Positions 10,662 to 23,179 of a stretch of DNA of 64,000 nucleotides are shown one piece after another (within the stretch, counting starts at the first letter, position 1; every line of letters starts with the position of its first letter). The translations under genes and the position numbers were made by a program. The notes under the pieces are model-generated. The model worked only from the letters and a program-made list of their open reading frames with translations. It was not told the origin of the DNA and made no database searches. The DNA comes from Candidatus Obscuribacteraceae bacterium. Its GTDB lineage: Bacteria; Cyanobacteriota; Vampirovibrionia; Obscuribacterales; Obscuribacteraceae. The stretch lies in contig JBGASG010000008.1 of NCBI GenBank assembly GCA_044229845.1, positions 139,899 through 203,898 on the forward strand. Reading direction: 5' to 3'.

Positions 10662-11843
10662 TTAGTTGTCTTCGTCCAAATCCGAGTCGTCGAGGTACGG
10701 CTCCCTATCGACTTCCCCATCTCCAGCCCCATCCATGTCCTCATCGACGATTTCTTCACCCTCGGCGTCGATATCGGTGAGTTGCTGCTTTTGCTTGCGA
10801 CGCGAGTCGGCGCGGTAGCGACTGCTCAGTTTTGGAATCGAACGGGCACCACCTTTGCCACCAACTACTTTCACAACACCAGTTTCGACCTTCTGCGAGG
10901 TCTGCTTTTGCAACTGCTGCTCCTGCTGAGATTCGCCGATGATCGTCTGGTAACTGTCGTAGCGCGCAGGCGCGATTTTATCGATGTTTTCCAGCACCGC
11001 ACAGCCGGTCTCCACCAGGTGCAGGCAGTTTGCGTATTTGCACTCCTCAGCAAATTGCGCGATATCAGGAAACTGCCATGCCACCTCCTGCGGTTGCGGG
11101 TGACGCAATTCGCCAAGCGAGAAACCGGGAGTGTCGGCTATCCACGTTTCCCCCCCATGAGCACCGCCACCCGGAACTGATGCCTTGATGGGCAGTTGAT
11201 ACAGCTCGCTATAAGTGGTTGTGTGCCGACCGACCAATAATTCTTCCCGGACGTCGACCTTCAAATTGAGCGTTGGGTTCAATTTGTTAATGAGGCTGGA
11301 TTTACCTACGCCCGAGGGTCCGGTGAGCACCGACGTGCTTCCGGCAAGCGCAGCCTGCAATTCCTCGATTCCCGCGCCAGTTTTGGCAGAGACAAGTAAC
11401 ACTCTGTAATCAAGTGGTTCATAAATGTTTCGTAAAGCCGCCAGCTCGCTTTCTTCGGCGAGATCGCACTTGTTCACCAACACGAAATGCCGCACTGCAG
11501 GCAGTTCTAGCTGCAAATGGACCAGGTACCGATCACACAACAACCCATTAAAATCGGGCTGCCGTGACGCTTGTACAATAAACACCTGGTCGACGTTCGC
11601 TAAATACGGGCGAGACAGCAAATTGCGGCGCTCCAGCCGAGCAACAATCACTGCTGTCCCTCTGCTGTCGGAGTTAGCGTCGGTGAGGTCTACTTCATCG
11701 ATTTCAACTTCGTCTCCAGTGAAGATTGATACGCCCTCTTTCTTCAAGCGAGCTCGAACCGGGCATTGGAGCGTGGCATCATGCTCCGGCGTGTACACCA
11801 GATACCCGCCTGCATGCCTTCTCAACACTCGCCCTGTCACCAT
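10662..11843 (-). CDS. rsgA: Ribosome small subunit-dependent GTPase A
   Basis: OB-fold N-terminus; circularly permuted G motifs NKCD, GPSGVGKSS, GRHTT, DTPG; zinc finger CKYANCLHLVETGC. Confidence 0.95.
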   Translation of the reverse strand: MVTGRVLRRHAGGYLVYTPEHDATLQCPVRARLKKEGVSIFTGDEVEIDEVDLTDANSDSRGTAVIVARLERRNLLSRPYLANVDQVFIVQASRQPDFNGLLCDRYLVHLQLELPAVRHFVLVNKCDLAEESELAALRNIYEPLDYRVLLVSAKTGAGIEELQAALAGSTSVLTGPSGVGKSSLINKLNPTLNLKVDVREELLVGRHTTTYSELYQLPIKASVPGGGAHGGETWIADTPGFSLGELRHPQPQEVAWQFPDIAQFAEECKYANCLHLVETGCAVLENIDKIAPARYDSYQTIIGESQQEQQLQKQTSQKVETGVVKVVGGKGGARSIPKLSSRYRADSRRKQKQQLTDIDAEGEEIVDEDMDGAGDGEVDREPYLDDSDLDEDN

Positions 11844-11922
11844 TCCGGTGAATCGCTCCTTCTGGTAATGCTCATCATCTTAGAAGCATTTGCTGGAATC
11901 GCAAATCTAATATGATTATTCG

Positions 11923-13791
<1,869 letters not shown>

Positions 13792-14012
13792 ACCGACACA
13801 ATTAATCCAGGCGACACCGGCGTAAACGTGCTCCAGCTGGCGCTCGTTAATAAATCAGCACATCTTATGTGATCTGGGGAACTACAGCGTATTGCGGTAG
13901 TCATTTAGATGAGCTAGCGTATGCTTTTGGTCTCGAGAGCAGCTAGTGAGTGCCGGAAATCCCGGGGGCTAGCGTGGTGATCGGAGCCAACCGTAAACAG
14001 CAGACCGTCACC

Positions 14013-17000
14013 ATGGTTCGTTCGAAGCTTCGCGAGCGCATTTTCTTTGCCGCCCTCACCGTAGGCGCGGCAGCGTTCATCTGCATGGTCACAGGCACCC
14101 ACTTCGTCATGGACGGCTGGTCGCACGACCGCATTCAGTCCATCATGTCGCAGTGGCTGACGCGCCAGGTGCACCTGGGAGAGACTTCCTGGTCGCTGGG
14201 ACTGAATGGACTGGTCTTGACCAGCGAGTCGTTCTCGGTTGACGAGAAAGACGCCAAAACGACATTTCTCAAATCAGGCAAAACCGAAATCGGGCTGGCG
14301 CTCCTACCGATGGCGCAAGGCAAGTTCTACGCGCATCACATCAAGTTTGTCGACCCGCAAATCAAAGCCGTCCATATCTCCGGCAAGCGCTGGAATTTCT
14401 CGGACCTGCCCCAGGCTCCGGGGCTGAAGTACCTCTCATGGATGCAGATCTCGGGCGGGCAAATTGCCGTCCAGGATCAAGAGACGAAACCAGCTGCCTG
14501 GTCGGGACGACATCTCGAGAATGTGACGCTGACTGTGCAACGTCCACGAGAAAACTCGGTCTGGCCGTTCGCCATCACAGCCGAGATGCCCGGCACCACC
14601 CATGCCACACCGACCGCGCCGGGCAAAGCGTACGTCACCAAAATCAATCTCAGTGGTATCGGCACCGGTGCCCTCGATGACTGGGCAAAGAACAACCATA
14701 CCTTCGAAGCTGAGGTCAACGACCTCAATGCCGAAGACGTGCACATGTTCTCGGCTGAGGCGCCGAGCATGCACGGTTTCGTAGATGCGAAGCTAAAAGG
14801 CAGCGGCGTGCCGCAAAAAGGATTCCATGCCAACGCCGACATCATCACAAAGAAACTGCGGGTAGTCATCCCGGAAGTCGGCGACTGGAACGTCGTCGAC
14901 GGCACCAGCTCAGCAGATCTGGTTATCGACGAACAACAAATCGACTACAAGAACTTTTCGCTGGCACTGCCCACAGTGCTGGTGCGCTCGGACGGCAACA
15001 TCGCCGACTGGCGCACCAAAGACCCGTCATACAAAATCAACTTCGACTTCGTCGCCTCCGACGTCGCCAAGCTGGCAGACATGGTGCCGGCCCGCATCTT
15101 GCCGCGCGACATCCTGGGACCGCAAGCCAGCGGCGAATTGCGAAGCAACGAACAGCTGACTATCGCGCAGGCTCTTCTACCGGCAAAGGTAGGCGGTGCC
15201 GGCATAATCAAAGCCAACTTCGTCGGCAAAGGCAAAGACCTGACCGCCGATATCTCATTGCGCGGCGATGCGCTGAGAGCCAACACACTCATGAAAAACG
15301 GCACCCAGGTGCATACAGTCGGCAAGGTCGACATGCATGCTCAGCTGGTCAGCGTGCATCATCCCAAACAGAAAGACACCATCACGGGCACCGCCACCAT
15401 CGAGAACGGGTCGCTCTCCATCGACAAGGGCGACATGGTCGCGCACGCAGTGAGCGGCAACGTCACCATCCGCAATACCGACATGTTACTGCACGAACTG
15501 AAAGGCAAGTTCGGCCCCGGCGACTTCCAGCTGAGCGGCACCTTGCCGGAGAAACCAACCGGACCGGTGGCGCTGCACTACGTGGGCAACGACATCAATT
15601 TATTGCAAGTCAAACGAGTTATGAAGGCGCTCGATATTGATGCCATGCCCGCCAACAATCACAATATCGCCGGCACCATCAAAAACGCAGTCGTAGATGT
15701 CACCGGCACGTTCAGAAAGCCGAATGTCGTGATGACTGCCGTGCCGAAGCAGGTCTACTTCCAGACCGGCGCCCTCGAACGCGCACTGACAGTGACGTCC
15801 GGCATCGTGCGTTATGGCGACGGTGCCTTCCGCCTGGAAGATGTGAACGGACGCCTGGGGCGCGGCACCTTCATGGTGAATGGCTCAACTACCGCCGCCG
15901 GCGCCAACAACCTGAGCGTGGAAGCCAGAGATATAGATCTATCCGATGTAGAGTTGGCAGTCAAAGGTCTCGACATACGCCCGATCTCGCTGCAGCCGCA
16001 AGTGCTGTTCGGCACGGTCGCCAGCGCTAAACTGCACGTCACAGGTTCTGCCGCCGCCCCGTCGGTCGAACTGACCACCGTTCCCAGCCACCTCTACTAC
16101 GTGCCCAAAGGCTTCAGCCGCACGTTCGTGCTCACCGGCGGCAATGTTTCTTTGAAGAAAAACATTGCCACCATGCACGACCTGACGGGCTCACTGGGAC
16201 GAGGCGTCTTCGTGCTGAACGGCACGGCGCACCTGACCGGTCCCGATGCAGCCTCGGACCTGAAGCTGGCAGCGCGCAACCTCGACATGTCCAACGTCAA
16301 ACTGGCCCTGCAGGCACTGGGGGTTCATCATCCCTTGCTCGCCCAACAACTGCTCTACGGCACCGCCGACGACGTCAAACTGAAACTAAAGGGTCTGAAT
16401 CAGCCCCCGGATATTTCGCTGGTGGCAGTGCCGGGCAACATCCACTTCGAGCCACTGGGCAGCTCGCGGACGCTCTCACTGAGCGGCGGCAAAGTCACCT
16501 ACGAAAACGACTCGCTGCAGTTGGATAAAGTGCGCATCCATAGCCAGCGCACCAATGCCCTCGTCAGCCTGCAACTAGACAGCCTGAGCAAAAATTCGCA
16601 ACTGCACATGATCGACCTGAACGCCAAGTCGTTCGACCTCGGCGACCTGCACAGCTATCTGGCAGCCGACCGCACGCCCCCGACGGTGCGCGACACGTAC
16701 CACAAAATCATCGCGCAATACGGACTGTCGCGCCCGCACGGCACGATGTCCGGCGTTTTCCATATGGATGCTCGCGGCGACCATCCGGAGGTGACGGGAC
16801 AGCTCAACCTGACACGATTCGGATTGCGTTTCTATCAATATCCGATTCACCACGTCACCGGCTCTCTAATTGCCGACGGCAAAGACATTCACCTCACCAA
16901 CATCCAGGGTTCTATCGGTAGCTCGCAGTTTCAAGTAGACGGCAAAGTAGCCGATGCCGCCACTAAGGACGCTAAGTGGAACGCCGACGTCAACATGCAG

Positions 17001-18704
17001 GTCAACGTCAAAAACTTCCTGGCGCTCATATCCACCGTCGATCCGAGCATGCAAAACATCATCACCGCCTCCGGACCGATTCCCTTGCACATGAAAGTAG
17101 CAGGCGATCTAAGCGGTATGACCACAGGACGGTTTAAGTCATCTATTCCACCGGAGACAATCATCAGTCTGGGCGGTCCGCTGGGCAACGTCACCAAACC
17201 CGCCGGACAACCGGTAAATCTGGAGGGTGCGCTCGCTTTCGGCGGCGATAATCCGCCGCGCATCGAAGTTACGGAGAGCAAAGTCACCATAGGTGATACC
17301 GTAGTCGGCTGGACCGGTGAATACATAGTAAGTGAAACTAAATCGCCCCGCCTGCACTTCTCGCTGGAGCTGCCCAATCCGCTGCCCATCAGTCAGCTGG
17401 TGGGTTTCCTGCCGGCAGATAATCGCCTCAAAGATATCTTCAAAAACGCCTCCGGTATGGCGAAAGGAAGATTGGAGTTTGAAGGTCCGACCACCGGACC
17501 GGCAATGCGCGGACACATCGACATCTCGGAAGCCAATCTGCCGGCTCTGAAAATCGCCGACGTCAGTGGACGGCTGCAGGCTAATGACTGGTTTCCTCCC
17601 AAGAAAGTGACGGCCAGCGAGCGCGCTAACATGCCCCCGTCCACGTCAAAACTGGAAATTACCCTCAGCAAGGCACGCGTCGCCGACTTCGCTTTTGAAA
17701 ACGTAGCCGGCACCGTCCTCGCCGAAGACACGGACAAAGGTCCGAAGCTGAGCTTCCGCGACATGAGCGCCGCTGTTTTCGGAGGCACCGGCACTTGCGA
17801 AGGCTGGTTCATGCTCGAAGGACAGCGCCCCTTCAGCTTGCTGACCCGGTTCAACAGCATCAATGCCGATAAGATGGTGACCGCGCTGCTGCATGCGCCA
17901 GGTCAAATGACCGGCACCATCGACGGACGCACACAGATTGACGGACTGGCAGTCACCAACGAAGAGGACTTTTTGAGAAACCTGCGGGCGATCGGCGCTT
18001 TCACAGCGCACAACGGCAGAGTGACTCGCCTCAAAGAATTGCAGACGAAACTCACGCAGGGCAATTTTCTGATGCAAGGTCTCTTAGGATTCGACATCAA
18101 TAATCTGCTGGCAACGCTGGCACCTGTTAAGTCGGGGAGCTTCGATACGTTCGAAGGGAAATTCCGTCTGCGCAACGAGCAACTGCACCTGGCTAAGGTG
18201 TTGTTTACCGGCGTGGAACTGCGCCTGCGCGGCGAGGGAGACATCGACCTGTCCAACAAGACAATCGATATGCACGTTGCCGGCAATATCCCGCGCATCG
18301 CCAAATCGTTCCTACCGGGTCCGCTGGAATCTATTGCCAGCTTCCTCAGCCCAGGCACCATCCTCAATACCATTGCCGCCCATACCTCACTGGATTTCCC
18401 GACGCTTCCTTTGATCGGAGACACGGGAGACAGCAAACCGCGTTCTTTTGAATTCACTGTCAAAACTAAGCTAGATAACCCGAACACAATCGCCAAAGCG
18501 ATTCAGGAAACATTCCATTTCCTGCCGCCGCAACCCTCAGCAACTGCCTACCCGGCAATCGGCATCGGCATGTCCGGGCAGGACACACGCCAGTTTGCCC
18601 CACAACGCAGTGCCACTTCCGACACAATGATGGTTCCGCCGGCACCAGAGTCCACAATGGTCGTCGAACCTACTAGCGTGAAAGAAGCCTCAGCGGAGAA
18701 ATAA
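14013..18704 (+). CDS. AsmA/TamB/YhdP-like bridge-like envelope protein
   Basis: N-terminal TM, long beta-strand-rich body with internal repeats, AsmA-like C-terminus (FDTFEGKFRLRNEQL...LRLRGEGDIDL). Confidence 0.75.
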   Translation: MVRSKLRERIFFAALTVGAAAFICMVTGTHFVMDGWSHDRIQSIMSQWLTRQVHLGETSWSLGLNGLVLTSESFSVDEKDAKTTFLKSGKTEIGLALLPMAQGKFYAHHIKFVDPQIKAVHISGKRWNFSDLPQAPGLKYLSWMQISGGQIAVQDQETKPAAWSGRHLENVTLTVQRPRENSVWPFAITAEMPGTTHATPTAPGKAYVTKINLSGIGTGALDDWAKNNHTFEAEVNDLNAEDVHMFSAEAPSMHGFVDAKLKGSGVPQKGFHANADIITKKLRVVIPEVGDWNVVDGTSSADLVIDEQQIDYKNFSLALPTVLVRSDGNIADWRTKDPSYKINFDFVASDVAKLADMVPARILPRDILGPQASGELRSNEQLTIAQALLPAKVGGAGIIKANFVGKGKDLTADISLRGDALRANTLMKNGTQVHTVGKVDMHAQLVSVHHPKQKDTITGTATIENGSLSIDKGDMVAHAVSGNVTIRNTDMLLHELKGKFGPGDFQLSGTLPEKPTGPVALHYVGNDINLLQVKRVMKALDIDAMPANNHNIAGTIKNAVVDVTGTFRKPNVVMTAVPKQVYFQTGALERALTVTSGIVRYGDGAFRLEDVNGRLGRGTFMVNGSTTAAGANNLSVEARDIDLSDVELAVKGLDIRPISLQPQVLFGTVASAKLHVTGSAAAPSVELTTVPSHLYYVPKGFSRTFVLTGGNVSLKKNIATMHDLTGSLGRGVFVLNGTAHLTGPDAASDLKLAARNLDMSNVKLALQALGVHHPLLAQQLLYGTADDVKLKLKGLNQPPDISLVAVPGNIHFEPLGSSRTLSLSGGKVTYENDSLQLDKVRIHSQRTNALVSLQLDSLSKNSQLHMIDLNAKSFDLGDLHSYLAADRTPPTVRDTYHKIIAQYGLSRPHGTMSGVFHMDARGDHPEVTGQLNLTRFGLRFYQYPIHHVTGSLIADGKDIHLTNIQGSIGSSQFQVDGKVADAATKDAKWNADVNMQVNVKNFLALISTVDPSMQNIITASGPIPLHMKVAGDLSGMTTGRFKSSIPPETIISLGGPLGNVTKPAGQPVNLEGALAFGGDNPPRIEVTESKVTIGDTVVGWTGEYIVSETKSPRLHFSLELPNPLPISQLVGFLPADNRLKDIFKNASGMAKGRLEFEGPTTGPAMRGHIDISEANLPALKIADVSGRLQANDWFPPKKVTASERANMPPSTSKLEITLSKARVADFAFENVAGTVLAEDTDKGPKLSFRDMSAAVFGGTGTCEGWFMLEGQRPFSLLTRFNSINADKMVTALLHAPGQMTGTIDGRTQIDGLAVTNEEDFLRNLRAIGAFTAHNGRVTRLKELQTKLTQGNFLMQGLLGFDINNLLATLAPVKSGSFDTFEGKFRLRNEQLHLAKVLFTGVELRLRGEGDIDLSNKTIDMHVAGNIPRIAKSFLPGPLESIASFLSPGTILNTIAAHTSLDFPTLPLIGDTGDSKPRSFEFTVKTKLDNPNTIAKAIQETFHFLPPQPSATAYPAIGIGMSGQDTRQFAPQRSATSDTMMVPPAPESTMVVEPTSVKEASAEK

Positions 18705-18728
18705 TCCCAATTGGAAACCCGGAAACCC

Positions 18729-20048
18729 ATGTCCAGCACGCTCGAAAAGCCAAGACCGGCAGCAGGCAGTGAAAAATCCAGTCACCCTCTGCGCGTCTTC
18801 CGCAATCCCAACTTTCGACTTTACTTCAGTGGTCAACTGATCTCGCAAGTGGGCACCTGGATGCAACAGGTGGCGCTGAGCTGGCTGGCGTACAAGCTCA
18901 CAGGCTCGCCATTTATGCTGGCTGTGGTCGGCGTCTCCGGACAGCTTCCGTCGCTGGTGGCGATGCCTTTCGCGGGCGTTTTCGTGGATCGACTCAACCG
19001 CCATAAGATTCTGGTAGCGACCTCCGTGCTCGCCATGGCGGAGGCAGCAATATTGACGGCACTGGTGCTCTCGCACATGATCCAGGTCTGGCACCTGGTG
19101 GTGCTCGGTATCGCCTCCGGTTTGATCACCGCCTTCGACATGCCGACGCGCACAGCGTTTGTGGTTGAGTTAACCGGCGACCGCGACGATCTGCCGACCT
19201 CACTGGCTATGAACGCCGCGCTCATGAACATTACCAGGTTATTTGGACCGGCCCTGGCTGGTTTCATTGTCGCTGCAGCAGGCGAAGGTATCTGTTTCTT
19301 GATCAATGCGGTCAGCTACATCGCGGTAATTGCGGCGCTTCTAGCAATCAATGGCGACTTCGCGCCGAAGGCAGACAAGCAGGCGAAGGTTTTGGACGAA
19401 CTGAAGAGCGGCTTCAAGTACACATTCGAAACTCCTCCAATCCGGGCTCTGATCGTCTTGCAGGCGGCATTCGGACTGGGTGGCATGGCCTATGCCATGT
19501 TGATGCCGGTTTTCGTGAAACAGATTGGTGGCAATGCCAACACACTGGGATATCTGATGGCAGCCTCCGCACTCGGTTCACTGGCAGGCAGCGCTGCTCT
19601 GGCTAGCAGAAAATCGGTGCTCGGGCTGGGACGCTGGGTAGTGGTGGCGTCATTCTGCTTCTCTATGGCGCTGATAGCGTTTTCGTTTACGCATGCTTTG
19701 ATACCGGCGATGATGGCGCTCTCCGTGATCGGAGCCATGATGATGCTACAGATGGGCTCCGCCGGCACCATCATCCAGTCTATTGTCGAAGAGGACAAAC
19801 GCGGTCGCGTCATGAGCCTGTTCACAATGGCTTTCCTGGGCACTGCGCCAATCGGGAGCTTGATCGCCGGAGCCCTCGCCGACCGCTTCGGCTTCCAGCA
19901 CACCATTCTTGGATGCGGCATCTACTGCTTGTTGGTGGCGATTGCATTCGTCACCCAACTGCCCAGACTGCGCCGCGAATCGAAACCCATCTACATTCAA
20001 CGCGGACTGCTGAATGCCGAAGAAGAAGTCGACCTTTTGACGAGTTGA
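18729..20048 (+). CDS. MFS transporter (MFS_3/H+ antiporter-like)
   Basis: NFRLYFSGQLISQVGTWMQQVA, about 12 hydrophobic helices, EEDKRGRVMSLF. Confidence 0.92.
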   Translation: MSSTLEKPRPAAGSEKSSHPLRVFRNPNFRLYFSGQLISQVGTWMQQVALSWLAYKLTGSPFMLAVVGVSGQLPSLVAMPFAGVFVDRLNRHKILVATSVLAMAEAAILTALVLSHMIQVWHLVVLGIASGLITAFDMPTRTAFVVELTGDRDDLPTSLAMNAALMNITRLFGPALAGFIVAAAGEGICFLINAVSYIAVIAALLAINGDFAPKADKQAKVLDELKSGFKYTFETPPIRALIVLQAAFGLGGMAYAMLMPVFVKQIGGNANTLGYLMAASALGSLAGSAALASRKSVLGLGRWVVVASFCFSMALIAFSFTHALIPAMMALSVIGAMMMLQMGSAGTIIQSIVEEDKRGRVMSLFTMAFLGTAPIGSLIAGALADRFGFQHTILGCGIYCLLVAIAFVTQLPRLRRESKPIYIQRGLLNAEEEVDLLTS

Positions 20049-20071
20049 CGCGGCACCGGGGCTCCTGATTT

Positions 20072-20196
20072 TCCCTTAGGGCAAATCAACACTACTGTTG
20101 ATTTTCACAAGCGGTGGAGGCGAAGACCTCAAACGTTTCAAGCCAGTTGCTCCTTTCGAAGTTTTTTAAACAGAAGTGTTGATTTGTCCTAAGGGA
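20072..20196. repeat. 125-bp element bounded by 28-bp inverted repeats (MITE/REP-like)
   Basis: TCCCTTAGGGCAAATCAACACTACTGTT (20072-20099) versus reverse complement of 20169-20196, 2 mismatches; related copy at about 36286-36315. Confidence 0.7.
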
Positions 20197-20305
20197 CGAA
20201 TAGCCCCTCCCCAGCCAGAACAAATCGAAAAAATCTACGTCATCCACTCATACGGAAAAGATGGCACGACACACTGAGCCTATGTCGTGAGAAGGATGAA
20301 GCACT

Positions 20306-20761
20306 ATGACCATGGATCGCGAAAACCTGCGAGACTGGGCGGCACTACTGGGCCGCACCGGTTTGTGCGCCATCTTTCTGGTGAGCGCCTACACGAAGGT
20401 CACCGATTGGAACGGCATGCAGCATCTGATGGAAGAACGCGGCATGCCATGGGTTTCATTCTTCTTGCTGGCTGCCCTGCTTCTGGAAGGACTGGGTGCT
20501 GTGGCGGTCTTGTTGGGCTACAAAGCACGGCTGGGCGCGCTGGCGTTGGTAGTCTTCCTGGTGCCGACGACTTTTATTTTCCATAACTTCTGGACGATGC
20601 CTGCCGATCAGCAGGCACTACAGACGGTGATGTTTCTAAAGAACCTGGGCATCATCGGCGGATTGCTCATGCTCGCCGCTAACGGCCCCGGACGTTTCAG
20701 CCTGGGCAAACACCTGTGTGGTCGTCCAGCACACAATAATACCCTCGGAGAAAGACAATGA
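20306..20761 (+). CDS. DoxX family membrane protein
   Basis: LLGRTGLCAIFLVS...PTTFIFHNFW...FLKNLGIIGGLLMLAANGPGRFSL. Confidence 0.9.
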   Translation: MTMDRENLRDWAALLGRTGLCAIFLVSAYTKVTDWNGMQHLMEERGMPWVSFFLLAALLLEGLGAVAVLLGYKARLGALALVVFLVPTTFIFHNFWTMPADQQALQTVMFLKNLGIIGGLLMLAANGPGRFSLGKHLCGRPAHNNTLGERQ

Positions 20762-21282
20762 AGACTCTCATACGCTCTCTGGCATTAGCCGGCATTCTGG
20801 TGTCCAGCACCATGCCCGCTCATGCCGACGAGATTATCAAAACATACAGATATGCAGTCAACGGCGCGCCACTCTCGGTAGGACATGTAGCTGTGGAGGA
20901 TGCTCCGCTCACCAAGCAAGTCATCCGCGAAGAATCCGCAGTCATCGAATCGCCGGGGTCTCTGGTCGAAACACAAACTTCCGTCGTGGCGCAAAACGGT
21001 AAACTTGCTGAAACTCGCACCACGACCTTAACCAGAACCGGTCGCAACATCGAGCCGACCGCCACGATCGAACGCATCTTCAATGATCACAACGAGGTGA
21101 TGGTCAAAGAATTCCCTGGCTTGATGCCGGGTGACCAGGAAATGGTGCGTGAGTTCTCGGCAGTAGTAGAAGGCACTCAGTTGGGAAATCGCGAAGCAGC
21201 CCCGCCCGACGCTCGGACAGGAATGGACAAACCGTATTGGCCGCTCTTCGATTACAGCGTATTCGACGATCGCGTGTATTAA
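20758..21282 (+). CDS. Secreted hypothetical protein
   Basis: Signal peptide ending PAHA; ATGA overlap with doxX stop. Confidence 0.7.
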   Translation: MKTLIRSLALAGILVSSTMPAHADEIIKTYRYAVNGAPLSVGHVAVEDAPLTKQVIREESAVIESPGSLVETQTSVVAQNGKLAETRTTTLTRTGRNIEPTATIERIFNDHNEVMVKEFPGLMPGDQEMVREFSAVVEGTQLGNREAAPPDARTGMDKPYWPLFDYSVFDDRVY

Positions 21283-22094
21283 CCGACGCGCCGTGACTCG
21301 AGAATTTGCTCGAGCACGGCACGCAGCTCAAAAGGCGTGGAGAGCACGAAGCGCGCGGCGGTGTCGTCTGCAGCGCCGACTTTGATACTGATGCCTTCGC
21401 GCTCGTTGACCCAGCGAAACGCGGCCTCGTCACCGGAGGTGTCGCCTCCAAAGATGTAAAATCGACCGGCATCCGCTGCCGACTCCGGACCGGGCTCGGT
21501 GTGCGCCGGTCCCAGGCGCGCGTCGATAGCCTGCAGCGCGTCACCCTTGTGCCAGTTTACTTTGGGCACGAACTCCCAGCTGGTCGGCATGGTGCGGCAC
21601 TGCAAATGGCGCAGTTGGGCGACCTCGGCAATGCGTTCCACGACATCGAATACGTAGGGCCTTTGATCGACTGGCACCGTGTGCCAGTGCAAGCACAACG
21701 ACAGCCCATGGTCTTCGAGAATGGCTTTGTAGGGACTGGAAATCAACGGTGCGAGGATATCTCGCAGGCTAGCCAATTCAGGTCCGAGGTCTACGGCATC
21801 AGGATGCGCCAGGCGCTCGCCGCCGGGAAACTCGATTTCCAGACCATAGTTGCCGGCCAGAATCACCTTCGTATCGGGAAAGTCACTGCGCAACCAGGCA
21901 AGCGAACGCGCACTGACCACACACACGGTGGTATGCGGTTGCTCGGCCAGATTGCGCAGCAGTGAATACAGCGCGGCATCTACCTTTGCATCTTCAGGTC
22001 GCTCGGCATAAGGCACCACTGTGCCGTCTCGATCCAACCCGATCAAAAGCGGCCGATCCTGAGGGATGGCTGCAATCTCAGTCTGCAAAGTCAT
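21279..22094 (-). CDS. otsB: Trehalose-6-phosphate phosphatase-like HAD hydrolase
   Basis: LDRDGT (DxD motif I), VVSAR, GNYGLE, LHW, HKGDA, GGDTSGDEAAF. Confidence 0.82.
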   Translation of the reverse strand: MTLQTEIAAIPQDRPLLIGLDRDGTVVPYAERPEDAKVDAALYSLLRNLAEQPHTTVCVVSARSLAWLRSDFPDTKVILAGNYGLEIEFPGGERLAHPDAVDLGPELASLRDILAPLISSPYKAILEDHGLSLCLHWHTVPVDQRPYVFDVVERIAEVAQLRHLQCRTMPTSWEFVPKVNWHKGDALQAIDARLGPAHTEPGPESAADAGRFYIFGGDTSGDEAAFRWVNEREGISIKVGAADDTAARFVLSTPFELRAVLEQILESRRVG

Positions 22095-23161
22095 TTCTGT
22101 TCTTGAATCAGGCGCTCGTAGAGTCCGAAATAGGCATCAACCATGCGGCGCTTGCTGAACATCTCCGCACGCTTGCGACATGCCTGAGCGGAAATTCCGC
22201 GTGCTTCCGGGAATCGCGCCACCAGGTCGTCGACGGTAGTACCAACGATGGCAGTTTCTTTGTCGGTGAGCAACTCCGGCACCGAGCCTCTTTTGAAAGC
22301 CAGGACGGGCGCGCCGGCAGCCAGGGCTTCCGCCATGACCAGACCAAACGGCTCCTCGAAGTTGATCGGATAAACGACCGCCACCGCCTCTTTATACAGT
22401 CGAATCTTCTCGCCGTAGCTGACTTCGCCGATGAACTTGATGGTCGTGTTATCGAGTTGTGGTTTCACCTTCTGCTCGAAATAAACTTGATCGGCGCTGT
22501 CTACTTTGCCGGCAATCACCAGCGGCATATTAACGCGCTGGGCGAATTCGATGGCTTCCGCGGTGCCCTTATCCTGGCAGATGCGTCCGATGAAGAGCAG
22601 ATTCTTGCGATCGCCGTCGTCGCCTTTGGCATGACCACCGTTTTCGCCGGGCGAGGCGGCAAAGTCATTCGTGTCGATGCCGTTGTAAATGGTGGCAACA
22701 TAATTGAGGTCATCCGGATAATTCAACTTTCTGTATGCTTCGCTGATAGCCACATAGTTGAGATCTTTGTACGCCATATAAATTGGCGCACAGTACTTCT
22801 TCACAGGGTTGTGGTTGGTGGTCACCATGGGAATGCGAAACTTCTCCGCCCAGGGCAGCGCCTGCCATCCCATGTGGTTGTGCACGATATCAAACTGGTC
22901 GACCATCTCGCGCAGGCGGGTAAGCGCCAGAATGTCGTAGGCTTGCCATCGCCGTTTCGGGATGTCATCCGCGGTGCGCAGAGGTTTATCGACCACTGAG
23001 ACCAGCCGCGCATCGGTACGCGAATCACCGCTCGCGAAGAGGGTCACTTCATGTCCTCTCTTGACCAGTTCTTCGGTCAGCAAGCTGACCACCAGCTCCG
23101 TTCCACCATATCCATCCGGCGGTACTTTTTCCACATTTCCGGCTAGTTGCGCGATGCGCAT
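22091..23161 (-). CDS. Glycosyltransferase family 4
   Basis: VPPDGYGGTE, GHEVTLFASGDS, IYNGID, EEPFGLVMAEALAAG (EX7E). Confidence 0.92.
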   Translation of the reverse strand: MRIAQLAGNVEKVPPDGYGGTELVVSLLTEELVKRGHEVTLFASGDSRTDARLVSVVDKPLRTADDIPKRRWQAYDILALTRLREMVDQFDIVHNHMGWQALPWAEKFRIPMVTTNHNPVKKYCAPIYMAYKDLNYVAISEAYRKLNYPDDLNYVATIYNGIDTNDFAASPGENGGHAKGDDGDRKNLLFIGRICQDKGTAEAIEFAQRVNMPLVIAGKVDSADQVYFEQKVKPQLDNTTIKFIGEVSYGEKIRLYKEAVAVVYPINFEEPFGLVMAEALAAGAPVLAFKRGSVPELLTDKETAIVGTTVDDLVARFPEARGISAQACRKRAEMFSKRRMVDAYFGLYERLIQEQK

Positions 23162-23179
23162 GAAATCAATCTCCTTATC

